Shown piece after piece: positions 1 to 12,732 of a DNA stretch of 40,653 bases (position 1 is the stretch's first letter; each line of letters opens with the position of its first letter). The DNA is from Trichoplax sp. H2. Lineage: Eukaryota. The translations under genes were made by a program, and so were the position numbers. The stretch spans positions 124,001 to 164,653 of the forward strand of contig NOWV01000175.1 in the NCBI GenBank assembly GCA_003344405.1, read 5' to 3'. The notes below the pieces were generated by a model. The model was not told the origin of the DNA. It made no database searches and saw only the letters and a list, made by a program, of their open reading frames with translations.

Positions 1-537
1 CTCTTTAGGACTTAAAGCATCTATCAGAAATTCTGTATCACCACGACGCTTTTTCCTATTCGATTCTTCATCCATTGCATCCATAGAATGGAAGATTTCA
101 TCTTCGCAGCGATAATCCTCTTGTATTTGTATGAGCAGCTGATTTAACTGAATTTTGGTTTTTGCATTTCCAACTAGGTCATCGACGATGGCGCTAACAT
201 ACTTGGCTAAGCAATTGAAGCATTTAACTAGACTTTTGCATTCCTCATCGACTGCATTTTCAAAACGTTCACGATTATTACAACTCTGACATAATGCAGT
301 CTGATTTCGACCAGTCCACCGACAATGCTTACACACGTAATGACAGCATAATTTGGATTTTACTGGAAAGACCACCAATCTTCTACACCATGTGCATATC
401 ATGAGTTGCTGAAAGCGTCTGCAAGACTCTAACAATTCGCTGCAGCTGGTTTCCGACGGTGGTTGTGTTAATAACCGGCAAAGTTCAACGTAGACACTAA
501 CAGCTACGCTCTTTCTACTTTTTGCCATAGGAATCAT
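1..537 (-). CDS. MSL2: MSL2-like RING-finger E3 ligase, 5' part (ORF runs off the window start)
   Basis: Stop-free minus frame from ATG 537 (or 528) to base 1: MAKSRKSVAVSVYVELCRLL...RRFQQLMICTWCRRLVVFPVKSKLCCHYVCKHCRWTGRNQTALCQSCNNRERFE...KSLVKCFNCLAKYV. This matches the MSL2 N-terminal RING pattern as recalled (human YFRQSLSCCVC...CQHYVCKTC...CSWC...LVNCYKKLCEYI). There is an in-frame stop upstream. The ORF track misses it because no stop codon lies in the window. Confidence 0.82.
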   Translation of the reverse strand, partial: MIPMAKSRKSVAVSVYVELCRLLTQPPSETSCSELLESCRRFQQLMICTWCRRLVVFPVKSKLCCHYVCKHCRWTGRNQTALCQSCNNRERFENAVDEECKSLVKCFNCLAKYVSAIVDDLVGNAKTKIQLNQLLIQIQEDYRCEDEIFHSMDAMDEESNRKKRRGDTEFLIDALSPKE

Positions 538-1799
538 TTTTGGTACATGACTAATTGTGACGGTTGGGAGTCAATGCTGGGCTAGTACGATAATAATGCT
601 GCCTTGAGATGTTGTTGGCAATCCAGTTAATGATCTGTAATAGAATGAATTCAATTCAAATAGGGTTGAGGTTATCAGAAGGTTATTAAAACAGTCCATT
701 ATAGCCTAGCTAATTACTCATTCTAACTTTAGCTTTGATATTTTAATAAAAATATTATGCTATTTGTAAAGTAGGTTAGTCATGATTGTCTATTTTATTG
801 AAAGCAGTTATCAGTACAAGAATTATTGTAGGGCTACTTTAACCCTTTAAGAAGTGGTACTGAATATCATCAAGTACAACAATATACGAGTACTATTGTT
901 GATTAGATTCAACTCGGACTTCATCGCGTAGGTACTTAGCCATTCCTGCGAATTTTGATATCTTTAAAAAAGGCCAATGAGCTCTTAGCATCATGGCTTC
1001 CATCGACTAAGCACTGTACTGTATATGAACAAGTGTGTTGCGTGTAGAATCCATTCGATTTTTAGTAGCTAGTATACAGTAAGTTGTAGTTCTATCAAGC
1101 AGAATGATTGCGAATTTCCAAGGGGGCAACATCTCATGGTAGTGAATGACAAATTGTTGATTACCAATAAACAGATGTAGAGAATGGGTTTTGTAGCCTC
1201 TTCTCATCTGCGATTTCTTTAGTAAAGATAGCCGACTATTCTACGTTACATGGTGCTCACTTCCTACAGTATTACTTTTATCATCCATTACACTACAGGG
1301 AATTAGCAGAAGTCGCTGTACTGATCTATTTCTTATCCATCACTTTAAATGTCGTTTTTCATTTAGACGATACTACAGTATGCTAGACTATAGCTATAGT
1401 ATTTATTGAATCATACTACGATACAGGCTCTTCGAGAAGATAAGAGAATCACTCGATCAGTTCCCTTGCTCTACTTATTGGGGACCTTATAGCGATAGGC
1501 AAGATTGTGGTGATTTCAGTCAATGCATAAAATTAGAAAGTTACTCCATTGATGACACAGTTTACGTAGCGGATTCAACTTGCAAGTCAAGAAGGTAGAA
1601 CAAAGTTGATCGCCTTACAGCCACTCCGAGCTCCAAGTCTACTCCAATGGTAGCACTCATCGTATCCAAAGTAGGAAGAAAATAGACTCAAGTTCAAGTA
1701 TACTGTTGGATGAGTCGAAAGACTTTATTCAACCGATCCAGGTAGAATTATCTCACGCAGTAGCTTACCATCATGGCAATATCAGTAGCAATTGATTGA

Positions 1800-3245
1800 C
1801 TGTGAATCAATATCTCTATTCGATCCTAGTTGAATCTAGTGGACTATCATGTCAGCAAGTTTGACTATTTGAAGTGATACTGCAGTACTTAAGAGTAATG
1901 CCATTTCCGATTGATCCTAATTCAATCTGCAATGGCGTTAGCTACCATGACAGTCAGCCCTATGATTTGAACTAATAGCGTGCAAACTATCTTGGATCGA
2001 TTTTCGTTTCATTTGCGTAGGTAGTGGCTATCACGACAGTCCATTCGATGATTTGAACGAATAGTGTGTAAAATATGCAATCGATCCTAATTGAATCTGT
2101 ATTGGCGTTGACTATGATGACAGTCAGCTACAAGGCTTGAGCTAACAGTGAGTAAACTATCTCCAATCGATCTTCGTTCAATCTTAGCTATGATGATTTA
2201 AACTGAGGGTGAGTCAATTATCTTCGATTGATCTCTGTTCAATCTTAGCTACTACGACAGTCAGTTTGATGATTTGAACGAAGAGTGTGTAAAATATGCG
2301 ATCGATCTTCGTTGAATCTGCATTGGTGTTGACTATGATGACAATTAGCTACAAGGCTTGAGCTAAAACAGTGAGTAAACTATCTGTAATCGATCTTTGT
2401 TCAATCTTAGCTATGATGACAATCAGTTTGATGATTTAAACTGAGGGTGAGACAATTATCTTCGATTGATCTCTGTTCAATCTTAGCTACTACGACAGTC
2501 AGTTTGATGATTTGAACGAAGAGTGAGTAAAATATGCGATCGATCTTCGTTGAATCTGCATTGGCGTTGACTATGATGACAATTAGCTACAAGGCTTGAG
2601 CTAAAACAGTGAGTAAACTATCTGTAATCGATCTTTGTTCAATCTTAGCTATGATGACAATCAGTTTGATGATTTAAACTGAGGGTGAGTCAATTATCTT
2701 AGCTACTACGACAGTCAGTTTGATGATTTAAACGAAGAGTGTGTAAAATATGCGATCGATCCTCGTTGAATCTGCATTAGCGTTGACTATCATAACCGTC
2801 ATCTATATGACTTGAACGAACAGTGAGTAAACTATCTCTAATCGATCTTTGTTCAATGTTAGCTATCACAACTGTCCGTTCTCTAATTTGAACGAACAGT
2901 GAGTAAAATAACAAATTCATCCTAGTTGAATCTGCATTGGTGTTGACTATTACAACAGCAAATTCGATGATGTTCACCAGTAGTAAGTAAACTATCTCCA
3001 ATCGATCTTGGTTCAAAACTACGTTGGCGGTGGCTATTCCAACAGTTAGTTTGAATCATTTGAACTAAGAGTGAGTAAAATATCCGGATCGAGTTCAATC
3101 GTTGAATCTGCATAGGTGTTGACTATCATCCATGGTGAGTCAACTATTTGCGATCAATTGTAGCCCAATGTGCGTTGATGATAACAATCAGTGAGATGAT
3201 TTAAACTAATGGTGAGTAAAGTATCTGCAATCGATCTTGTTTGAA
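1800..3245. repeat. Degenerate tandem array of ~70-90-bp monomers organised as a ~216-238-bp three-monomer higher-order repeat
   Basis: Recurring GTGAGTAAACTATC..ATCGATC..GTT(C/G)AATCT..GCTA..GACA.TCAG..TGATGATTT. The marker AA(G/T)AGTG(T/A)GTAAAATATGC occurs at 2060, 2281, 2519 and 2735. Confidence 0.9.
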
Positions 3246-4180
3246 ACTGTATCTCATTCAATATCACCACAGTAATTTAGCGTGCTCGACGTAGTCTAGC
3301 ATGGGGCATAGTCCTACTTTCGACTGCAATGGCGTGTATGTCAATCGTGTCGTCTCCAAGATAGCTAGAAAAGTAGTGGGCCTACTATGTCCATAGCTAC
3401 TGTAGTCAATTGATGAAGGATAGAAGACATCGTTGATGGGGTACTTGTTGGCTGTTCAAGTCTCGATCTGAGCCACATCCTGTACCTAAAAATGGGCCCA
3501 TCTCATTGAACGATTGAGTGGCTGACTGTCGTTCGTTTGCATCGCTTTCCAAATTGGTAGAGAGAGTCTATTCTACTTACATGGGTAGCAATGGTCGTTG
3601 AAATCGATCAATGGAGACAAGTCTTTGGGCTCTTTTTTTGCCTACCAATGGAGCAAGATGGCTGTCAAGAAGGTTTGAGGGAAAATGGTCGCCATGGACA
3701 AATGGTTGCAATGGTGATTGGCTTGAGGCGTGAGCGGCTTGACGTGTTGATGTTGTCAACCCAAAGGTCACACTCACTTTCTGGAGTCTGGTGTCAACTC
3801 AAGAGTGAGTGTCACGACTGCACTATCGGGATGAGTCAGCAGCGATCCAACGAACGACACAATACGATGACGTGTCGTCTGGTTGGCAGTCTGCTTCTAC
3901 TCCAGTCAGTGACAATCGAGGACTATTTTGTATTGCATACAGTATAGGTCGTTGGCTACAGAAAGAGCATCATGCCAGCTGTCTGCCCACTCTGTCCTAC
4001 AGATCGCATTGCCTGTCCCATCTTCCAGCAGAGTCCAGTAGTCCAGTACTGGACACAGTACTATAGTACTTGGTCATGATAGCATTTTACAAAGTCGCAG
4101 AAACTTGAAAATCGAAAATAAATTGATAGATCATGTCTGTACCTCTGAAAACAAGAATCATTTTGGAATTACTGTACTGT

Positions 4181-4778
4181 AGACTGCATACTGTACTGTC
4201 CTGCACTTGCATAATGAGAACGCGAAGTACTGTACACTGTACAGTAAGTACTGTAGTGGTCACGAGTTCGCTGAGTACTGTGCTACTGTATACTGTACAG
4301 TACTGTATCCTGAGTGTACAGTATAGTGTACTGTAAAGTAAGTACTGTAGTCAGGACAATGAGGAGGTACTGTTGTGCGCATGGCTCATTTCCAAGACCA
4401 GGCCAAGACATTGATTTCAAAATTCCCTAAGCAGCCATGGACTATTTCTATTTTTTTACAGCTAGTGGAATTAGACTGCATACTGTCCTGTACTTGCATA
4501 ATGAGAGCGCGAAGTACTGTACAGTACACTGTACAGTAAGTACTGTATTGTGCTATACTGTACTGTACTGTACAGTACTGTATCCTGAGTGTACAGTATA
4601 GTGTACTGTAAAGTAGGTACTGTAGTCAGGAGGGTACTGTACTGTACTGGAAGTACAGTAGTCCGGACTCTGAGGAAGTACTGTTGTGCGCATGGCTCGT
4701 TTCCAGACCAGGCCAAGACATTGATTTTAAAATAACCTAAGCAGCCGTGGACTATTTCTCTTCTTTTACAGCTAGTGT
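4181..4778. repeat. Two-copy ~290-305-bp tandem duplication rich in TACTG/CAGTA
   Basis: AGACTGCATACTG...GTACTGTTGTGCGCATGGCTC...GACCAGGCCAAGACATTGATTT...TTTTACAGCTAGTG occurs at ~4181-4467 and ~4473-4777. Confidence 0.9.
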
Positions 4779-6744
4779 AGTAGGCTACTTTTAGCATATT
4801 GCACTATGGTAGTGTAAAGTACTCATCTTTGCACTCCACCGGGATCAACTTGGAAGAACGACCAGATCTCTATGCTACCGCTAAAGAGGAAGAAAAACAA
4901 CCCATTGTCATACTGTAGACGCGTAGAATAGACATGTAGTCACCCTTTTGCATCCAAGAGTGCAATTTGTCAAACAATTTTTACAATGCATGTCGAAAAT
5001 ACACCATTCTAGGATAGACCTTCATATACGCTCCATCATTTTATATTCTATAGTACAATGATTAGTGTTTTTAGCTATGTCGTTAATTTCAAATGTTAAA
5101 ACTACTAGGTGTAAATATGGTTGGCCAAGTGGCCATTTCCAATGCGATAGCTGGCATCACCTGAACTACAGTACCAATGGTACAGTATACGGTCAACTTT
5201 ACTGTACTTTGTATTGTAGAACGAGGAATTCCACCGGTCCAATTTTCAAAATCAATTTTCAAACCGTCATCGATACAAACAAAGTTTATCATCGCCATTC
5301 ATCTTCTCTTCCATCGGATGCAGAATATTCTTCCTAGACGAAAGGTAACCGAAATCATTCAACTTATAGTATTAGAAGGACCACTGTAGACTAAAGTTCT
5401 CTCTTACTCGATAGCGAAATAAAATTCAATGATCAACTTGATTGCGATGAGTTGAACAGGACTGCTAATGAACTCTTCAACTTAAACGTTATGTAAACTA
5501 TGATGTAAACACAAGCAGCCAACTTGATAGTCTTTCCAAATATTCACATCGCTTATGTTGAAGATGATTATTGTGATTGCTATCGTGTATTGTTGTGAAT
5601 GGATGGATGCAGTAGCCCTACTGTGATAGCAATGCGTCAATAGAGCAATCATTTTTCATATCCGGTCCGATCATAGGATCCATCTTATCCTGCATCTGTT
5701 TGTTGACATCATGTAGAAAATGATTCTTAGTAGTAATTCATGTCTGAACGGAAAATCTTCTACGATGCCGCTGGACTCTACCAATTCATATATGGCAGCA
5801 TTCATTTATTGATAGGATTATTCATTAAAGTTGTCTTTGTAATTAAATTTCTAGTATCAATAAGGGACAATCTGCACCCCCATTCAGCCAAGGAGACAAC
5901 TAGCATACATAATTCGATTTGTTGACGTGATCCATTTTAGAGAAAAATGATTGCTTGTTAGCCTTAAGTAATGATGCTATATTTTATATTAGAATACTAC
6001 TACGACGTAGTTGGGTTGAACGAATTTATAAAAAACATCATTCGTTACTTGATCAGATTTTATAGTGTCAGTTAAAACCTGGTTCTATTGACGTTACACG
6101 TTATATTATATTACTTACACTAGGAAATTATTCATTGCTAGTCTTCATTTAAAGTCTGCTATGACATAGCTTCACCTAAACAGTTCATGAAGAACAGTAT
6201 TCCTTTCTTGATAAGGCTATATAGTTTCTATCAGGGCCAGTCATCACGACAAGCAGGAACTATATGGTCCTGGTTGTTTGTTGATATTATACGTTAAATA
6301 GGAAATTATTTGCTGTTAACCATTCGGCTTTAATTCATAAATGACAGCATTCGTTTTCTGATACGGTTACATTGTGTCATTTCTATCAGTAGTCCCTATT
6401 CCTATCATTATTAATCTTAATTTTAAAGTCATCATGGCCCCGGTCTGCACCTTGTTTCATCGATCGGGACAAAGTATAATCATACAGTATCTTGCTTATC
6501 TCTATAGTGCTATCGATTTGATAATTACATAATCGACAGTGTTGATTTACTTTCATACTGCCATTACAGTTATCTTCAAAGCCTTCTAACTCTTCAATAC
6601 AAACTACCACTATGCTAACCTTAGTATAGTACAATGTTTAACATTCTTTTCTATTTACTGTGACTATCACAATACCAACTTGTCATACTATCATCTTTTT
6701 ACAGTTTATCTGTCTGTGATACAATATCAATAACGATATACTAG

Positions 6745-8889
6745 ATGGAGATCCAATCTGAACCGAGTGAAAAAGTGAGTTGTGCATGGGATATCGACTT
6801 GGAGGACTGGGAAAAACCGACAAAGTCCAAGCGTAAGCCCGATCTTAAGCAGAAATATCTCAAGAAAAACAAACAGAAAGTAGAAATAGTTCCATGTACT
6901 ATGAATCAAGAGCTAATGATTAATAGAAAAATGCTAGATGTGCGCAGATGGTAAGAGATGATACACTATATGAATACCAGCAAATAGCGTATAGTATTCA
7001 GCAGAGAGTGATGCCAAAGTTTTAATTTGATTACCATTCATATACACCATGTCATAACAAAGTTACAATATTCGTTAACATGTACTGGCTAGGTTTTGCA
7101 TAAGTCGACCTCAGTATTGGAAATCTTGTGGTATGTCATCGGTAGTTTCATGTTGGAATTATTTATTCAGTACTTTGGGAGCAGGAAGGTTTGTAAAAAA
7201 TTCTACTACATACGCATTAGTGGGTTGCTATGAAACCGAAATGATTCCCAAAATCTAAATCGATACCTATGTTATTAGCTTAAATCCTATACGGCAAGAG
7301 GATGCGCTTTCTATTCTGGGATTTGAAAAGCCTTTTAATGAAATTCATTTTGGCCCTTTTACTGGCAATGCAACGCTAATGAGGTAATGATGGACGCTAA
7401 TGACCGCGCATTAATGTCTGTTACAGACTAGTCATTGCCATTATTATCCATGTTGTATTTTATTTACTGTTTACTGTTAGTCTTGAACTCACCCTTAGTG
7501 GACAGTACTAGCTTATCCACCCTTATAGCTCAATATTATATTATTTGTGACAACATTTAATTTTATGGCATCAAAATGTTAGATGATAGTAATGAAATGA
7601 TTACTACTGCCAGTCCTGTACAGCAGGCTACGCTAGTACAACGATCGGCTACAAATAGAGTGCAATATTCTATGTTAACAAAGTACCTACATGATCCTCT
7701 TATAAAAACTTCCCAGATTGATTGCATGTCAATACCATAGGACATTTACATAAAATAGTAAAAGTAAGAAAATAAAATGATATTTTTGCATATAATTTTA
7801 GATGGTTTAGAAAGCTTTGCATATTCTTTGGAGTGAAAGGAAGATGCTCTTATTTTTATAAGCCTCATGGGGCAGGCAAAACTTCAGGCGTCACCGCAGA
7901 CTGCGCTCTTGAATTACTCCAAACAGGGCTCCGAAGTAGTAATTGTGCCTTCATCTACCATTGCAATAATCATTATATGTGTCCAATTGGATATGAAGTC
8001 GTACCACAATCTGCCGAACATGCTTACAGGTATGTAAACCAGGGAAACCTTTAATGTTCTCTACTAATCTAAATACTAGGTATAATTAATAATTGCAATC
8101 TAGAAGTAAGCTCCAATATAAGCTGCAATAACAGAATCTTACTGTAGCTATATACGGACATCAATATAATTAACATTGAATAATTGTATAAATTTTATAG
8201 ACCAGTTAAGGGAGATGTGGTATGGACTACTAAAAGACCTACTAAAACAAGGTCTCTTAGCAGTCCATGGATGTGAATACCAATATATGACTTTGCCTTT
8301 TTGAAAATGCTATAAATAGAGTAAAATAACTTTTCTTATGAACTATTTGAATTCAATTTATTACCATTTCTCTACAAGCGATGTAACAAGCGGCGTATAC
8401 AATGAAGATGAACGTAAGAGTTGGATTTTAGTGGGTGATACAAGCAAAAAACAGCCTGGTATCCACTGCATACCGTATGTGTACAATAGTTAAATATTAT
8501 TTTTGAACATTTTGTATTACGTTTACCGTAAATGAATCAATAAGGTCGTCAGATAAAACTAATACGTGATAGAATAATGCTGCTGTGTTGAATTATTGTA
8601 CGATAGTTGGGAAGAAATTGTTAAAGATCTGAATACCCAGATGCCATACCTTTACGATGTTCGACGTCGATATAAAGGCATAAAGAAATTAAATACCAGC
8701 AAAGAAGGTGGAAATATACATTGTCTCATGATATTTCGTAAATGTTCTACGCGTTGTTCGGACGTAGCGAAACAAGTCTTGCAGCCGATTCAAGACTCCG
8801 GGAGTAATATTGATGATAACATATTAAAAGTCAACTTTAATAGCGTGCAAGAAGATACTACGACTAAATTGATAGATCTCGATATTTAA
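6745..8889 (+). CDS. BIVM: BIVM (basic immunoglobulin-like variable motif-containing protein), 6 exons, ~337 aa
   Basis: Exons 6745-6950, 7093-7188, 7279-7383, 7802-8029, 8379-8474 and 8607-8889 are all GT-AG and phase-consistent (1014 nt). Translation [40 protein letters not shown]...[14 protein letters not shown]...YKPHG...[15 protein letters not shown]...[27 protein letters not shown]...GGNIHCL matches the BIVM core. Confidence 0.93.
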
Positions 8890-8954
8890 AGTCAAATTTA
8901 TTGTAATGTGAATCACTTTCGTTGTATAGTAATTGGCAAGTGTTATTTGCATTT

Positions 8955-9060
8955 TAAGCTTTAAAGTAAATCCTGAGCAAGAAAATACTCTGTTTGCTTT
9001 GGGCTTAAAAGGATAACACTGCATACCCTCAAAAATATCTTACTGTAGATCTTCTTGTTT
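8955..9060 (-). pseudogene. Decayed copy of CMC4 exon 2
   Basis: Minus frame KQEDLQ*DIFEGMQCYPFKPKANRVFSCSGF aligns with the intact QEDKCKDILEAMRRCCLKPNAKNSICCSGF. It has an in-frame TAA at 9040-9042, has lost several Cys residues and lies ~2.46 kb from the intact exon. Confidence 0.8.
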
Positions 9061-9707
9061 ATTGAATAGATTTCTCATAGTTCTATCACTAGCAGATCGA
9101 CTCTACCATAAATCATTATTCATTTTAATTGAGGTGGTAGCCTGTAGTCATAGACAGAATATATTGTCGCTAATTCACTGTAAAGTATAACACAACCTGT
9201 GCGGAGTTTCATTACAGTCTTCCGTTAGTGATAATTATTTTGTTCACTACTATACGTATGTTAATCTATGCGACTCTATTTACATTCTTGTTCATTTTTC
9301 GCAATTTTGCAGACATTTTATTCAATCTATTTGTTATAGCTTAGGTTACTTTTATCAAATTTGGCTGAAATTTTATGTACATAAGCTTTAGCTTATACTG
9401 TCAACCAAATCTGAGGAGAAAAGTTTATGTTACTACTAGTCATGACTGTATCGCTGATGACAGTAGAATTTCCTTTCTTAGTAAAATGACAAGGTTTATA
9501 ACATAATCTTCTCCATTTAATGTGCAGGAGTGAAATCATCATTTACGTTTATAATTAATGTACTATTACATGTTATATATAAATAAAGTATATTGATTTA
9601 CACTTTTGTCTTTCATGCGCTATTCTAAGTGTTGCATTGGCATGATTTAGCTCAGTAATAGTGGCAATATACACCGTACTCTCCATCGCTTACAATAAAT
9701 TATCTCT

Positions 9708-11354
9708 TATTTCCAAAATCTAAATTTACGCTAGGTAATATTATTTGCTTAAATCCAGTATGCCAAGAAGATGCGTTCTAGGTTTTGAAAAGTCTATTGA
9801 CCCTATTAATTTTCGGTCCCATTACTGGTAATTTGCGGCTAATGAGGTCATGATAAGGTAACATACTCTACTGTCCTTCGCGTATCCATCGTCGCCATGT
9901 TATATTTTTTGTCTTCGGTTATAGTGCTAGCATTCCTTACAACTCAATTTAATTCTACTATCGTAGTTACTTTTAAGCTATTAATGTCTTTATTTACAAA
10001 TGGGTGAAAGAGCTACTAGTATAGATTTGTATAGTATACCTTATTAGTAGCAAGATCACATCTTAAAATAAAATTTTATAAAGGCAGGCAAAGTACATGT
10101 CCTATCAATAAAGATTGAATTTAATTTCTTTCTATACTCTCCGTTATCATAATATTTGCAGTACTCTTCAATGTAGTTTTTTCAAGTCTAATTACAAGTA
10201 CGTAACTATAGCGGGACAGTAGTAACAATTTAGAGACGGTATATAAGGCCCAGATGTTATTTATGAAATGTAATTTTAGCTGGTTTAGAGAATTATGCTT
10301 ATACTTTGGAGTGAAAGGAACATGCCCCTTCCTTTATAAACCTCATGGGATAGCAAGAATGCAGGAATCACTGCAGACAGCGCTCTTGAATTACTGCCAA
10401 CGGCATTACAAAGTAATTATTGCACTTTCATCTATCATTGTCATAATCATTATACTGTATGTATTCAATTGGATATGAAATCGTACCGGAATTTGCCGAA
10501 CATGCCTACAGGTACGACAGCTAAAAGTAACATTAAATGTCTACTAAAATGCTAGGTATAACTTACAATCTAGAATAGGCTTCAACGCAGGCTAAGGAGA
10601 ATACAATCTTATAGTTGTAAACAGTACGTTAGCATCGTTAAGAATGTATAAGAGTACCAATTTATAGGCTAGTTCAGTGAGATGCGTAATAGATCAAAAC
10701 ACGATATTGCTTTTATTTTGAAGGCTGCACGAGTAGTATGGATGTCTTTTGATAATTTAAGAAATAGAATTTAGTAGATTTTATTTTCAACTACTCGTAT
10801 ATAATAATATAATGTATCATTAAATCTGCAATGTTATGTCTGCAAGCGATGCTGCAAACAGCATGGATAGTAGAGATGGAAGTGAGACTTGGATTTTAAT
10901 TGGCTATACCAACGAAGAACAAACAGGCTTTCATTGTATATCGTATGTTTTTATGGTATTTACATCTTACTTTTAATTAATAACAATTAATTTTGAAATT
11001 AACCAACGAGATACCGGAATAGACAGGTGCTAGATAGACTAACACTGCTGTATGACATGGTTGCGGTACAGTTGGAAAGGAATTGTTCAAGATTTGAATA
11101 CCCAGATGCCATACCTGTACGATATTCGACAGCGATATAAAGGTATCATCAAGTTGGATGCTCCCAAAGACGGTAGCAATAACCATTGTCTGATGGTGTT
11201 TGGAAATTGTTCAACACGCTGTTCAGACGTAACGAAACGTATCCTGTAGCTCAATCAAGACTCAAAGAATAATATAAACGATAATATATTAACAGGCACG
11301 TTAAATGTTGCGGAAGAAGATACTGTAATCAAGTTGATCGATCTTGATAAGTAG
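9708..11354 (+). pseudogene. Partial BIVM pseudogene (copies of exons 3-6 with introns)
   Basis: Exon-3-like 9748-9846 (acceptor TAG changed to TTG, indels), exon-4-like 10280-10511 (232 vs 228 nt, frameshifted), exon-5-like 10847-10942, exon-6-like 11072-11354 with a premature TAG at 11247-11249. The offset from BIVM is ~2.47 kb and intron sequence is also homologous. Confidence 0.9.
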
Positions 11355-11409
11355 CACAGAATTTCTTGACTGCGAACTGCATTGTTGTCCACATGTTAGC
11401 ACGTATAAA

Positions 11410-11790
11410 TCACTCTTTAGACTTAAATCCTGAGCAGCAAATGCTATTTTTTGCATTTGGCTTAAGACAGCAACGTCTCATGGCTTCGAGTATATCTTTG
11501 CATTTATCTTCTTGATAATGATTATCTAATAATAATTATTAAAAAGATAGTTAGTTTATAGTCTAATGGATTGAATAGCAGATCTAATGTGCAATGACAG
11601 TGACGGATATTTATTTAGTGTAGCATTTGCTGTTTAGGATTTGTTATTGCATCAAGCGCATTATTACGTTTTATACACATCATAATGAATATTTGAGTGA
11701 TAATCAAGAATATCTACTTCACCATTTACCTCTTAAACAGACTTGAATTGCGCAGGCAATGTCCTTACAAGGTTCTTTCTTTGGATTCAT
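11410..11790 (-). CDS. CMC4: CMC4 / p8-MTCP1 twin Cx9C mitochondrial intermembrane-space protein, 2 exons, 58 aa
   Basis: Exon 1 11790-11730 and exon 2 11525-11410 (GT-AG, phase 1) give MNPKKEPCKDIACAIQVCLRDNHYQEDKCKDILEAMRRCCLKPNAKNSICCSGFKSKE*. Cys spacing and CSGF match human CMC4 as recalled (MPQKDPCQKQACEIQKCLQANSYMESKC...RKCC...CSGF). Confidence 0.92.
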
Positions 11791-12732
11791 TTCCTTCGTG
11801 TAGATTAACTTCAGTAGGTCAGAATGATTTTGGTACCTAATCCATAATCAATTGAGATCAAATTTAGTTACTACATGAATGCAGGTAAAGATTATTGTTT
11901 ATGGCATTGTAGCACTGTAATTAGACTACACATCATAGCTACAATTTCGATTACATAAGGAACCAATATCGCTGTCCATGCATCGCCTTTATGTTGTTCG
12001 CTTACACACGACTCATGCAAAACTCTTCTTTCCAGTGTCATTATAGCCTATAACCAAGGACCAAGCATCTAGTGGTCCATGATCTAACCCTAACATGGCA
12101 TTTGCACAGTACTGGAATAAATGTCCATAAATAGGATAGCAGGTTGTAATCTTATTCGTAACTGGTTGTACTCGCACAGCACTGGTATCTTTCGAATCGT
12201 GCAAATAATGAACACAATTGTGAGTGGCATACGGAATTGCTGAAACTAAAATTAGCAATGCCATTCTAAATCCTATCGATTAATTGATAGCATTTAGAGG
12301 TAGAAAAGGTTCTTATCAATCCACTATGTCAAAGTGATGGTAAATCAAGAAGAAAATTCCATATTTATAGAATAATGTAGAATTCATACTTGAAGGCCAT
12401 TATCGAGTGATTACATTTCTATCTCTATCTTCTGAAAACATTGAATTGATGTGTACATTGTACTGCATGCTATTTTTAGTTGGCTTATATATATGTGTAG
12501 AATTGTCTTAAGCGTTTCGTCCAGTTGTTGGATTTGTGACAGAAAGTCTAGCTGTTTAACCTAGCTCTTACTCGAATAGCTGTTGCAATACAACGTTGCT
12601 CTATAGCATTTACTGTGCTGGTATTCTTGTTCAGTCAGGCAGCATCTCCTATACTGTACTGGAATTACAGAAAGTAGGCAATTGTTCAGCTACCCGCGGG
12701 CCCTTTTTAAGGGTTCAAGAGGCAGCTATTAA

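Noticed and set aside
12013-12264. 83-aa minus-strand ORF with a hydrophobic start
   Set aside because: No recognisable motif or linked exons, so it cannot be supported as a gene from sequence alone.
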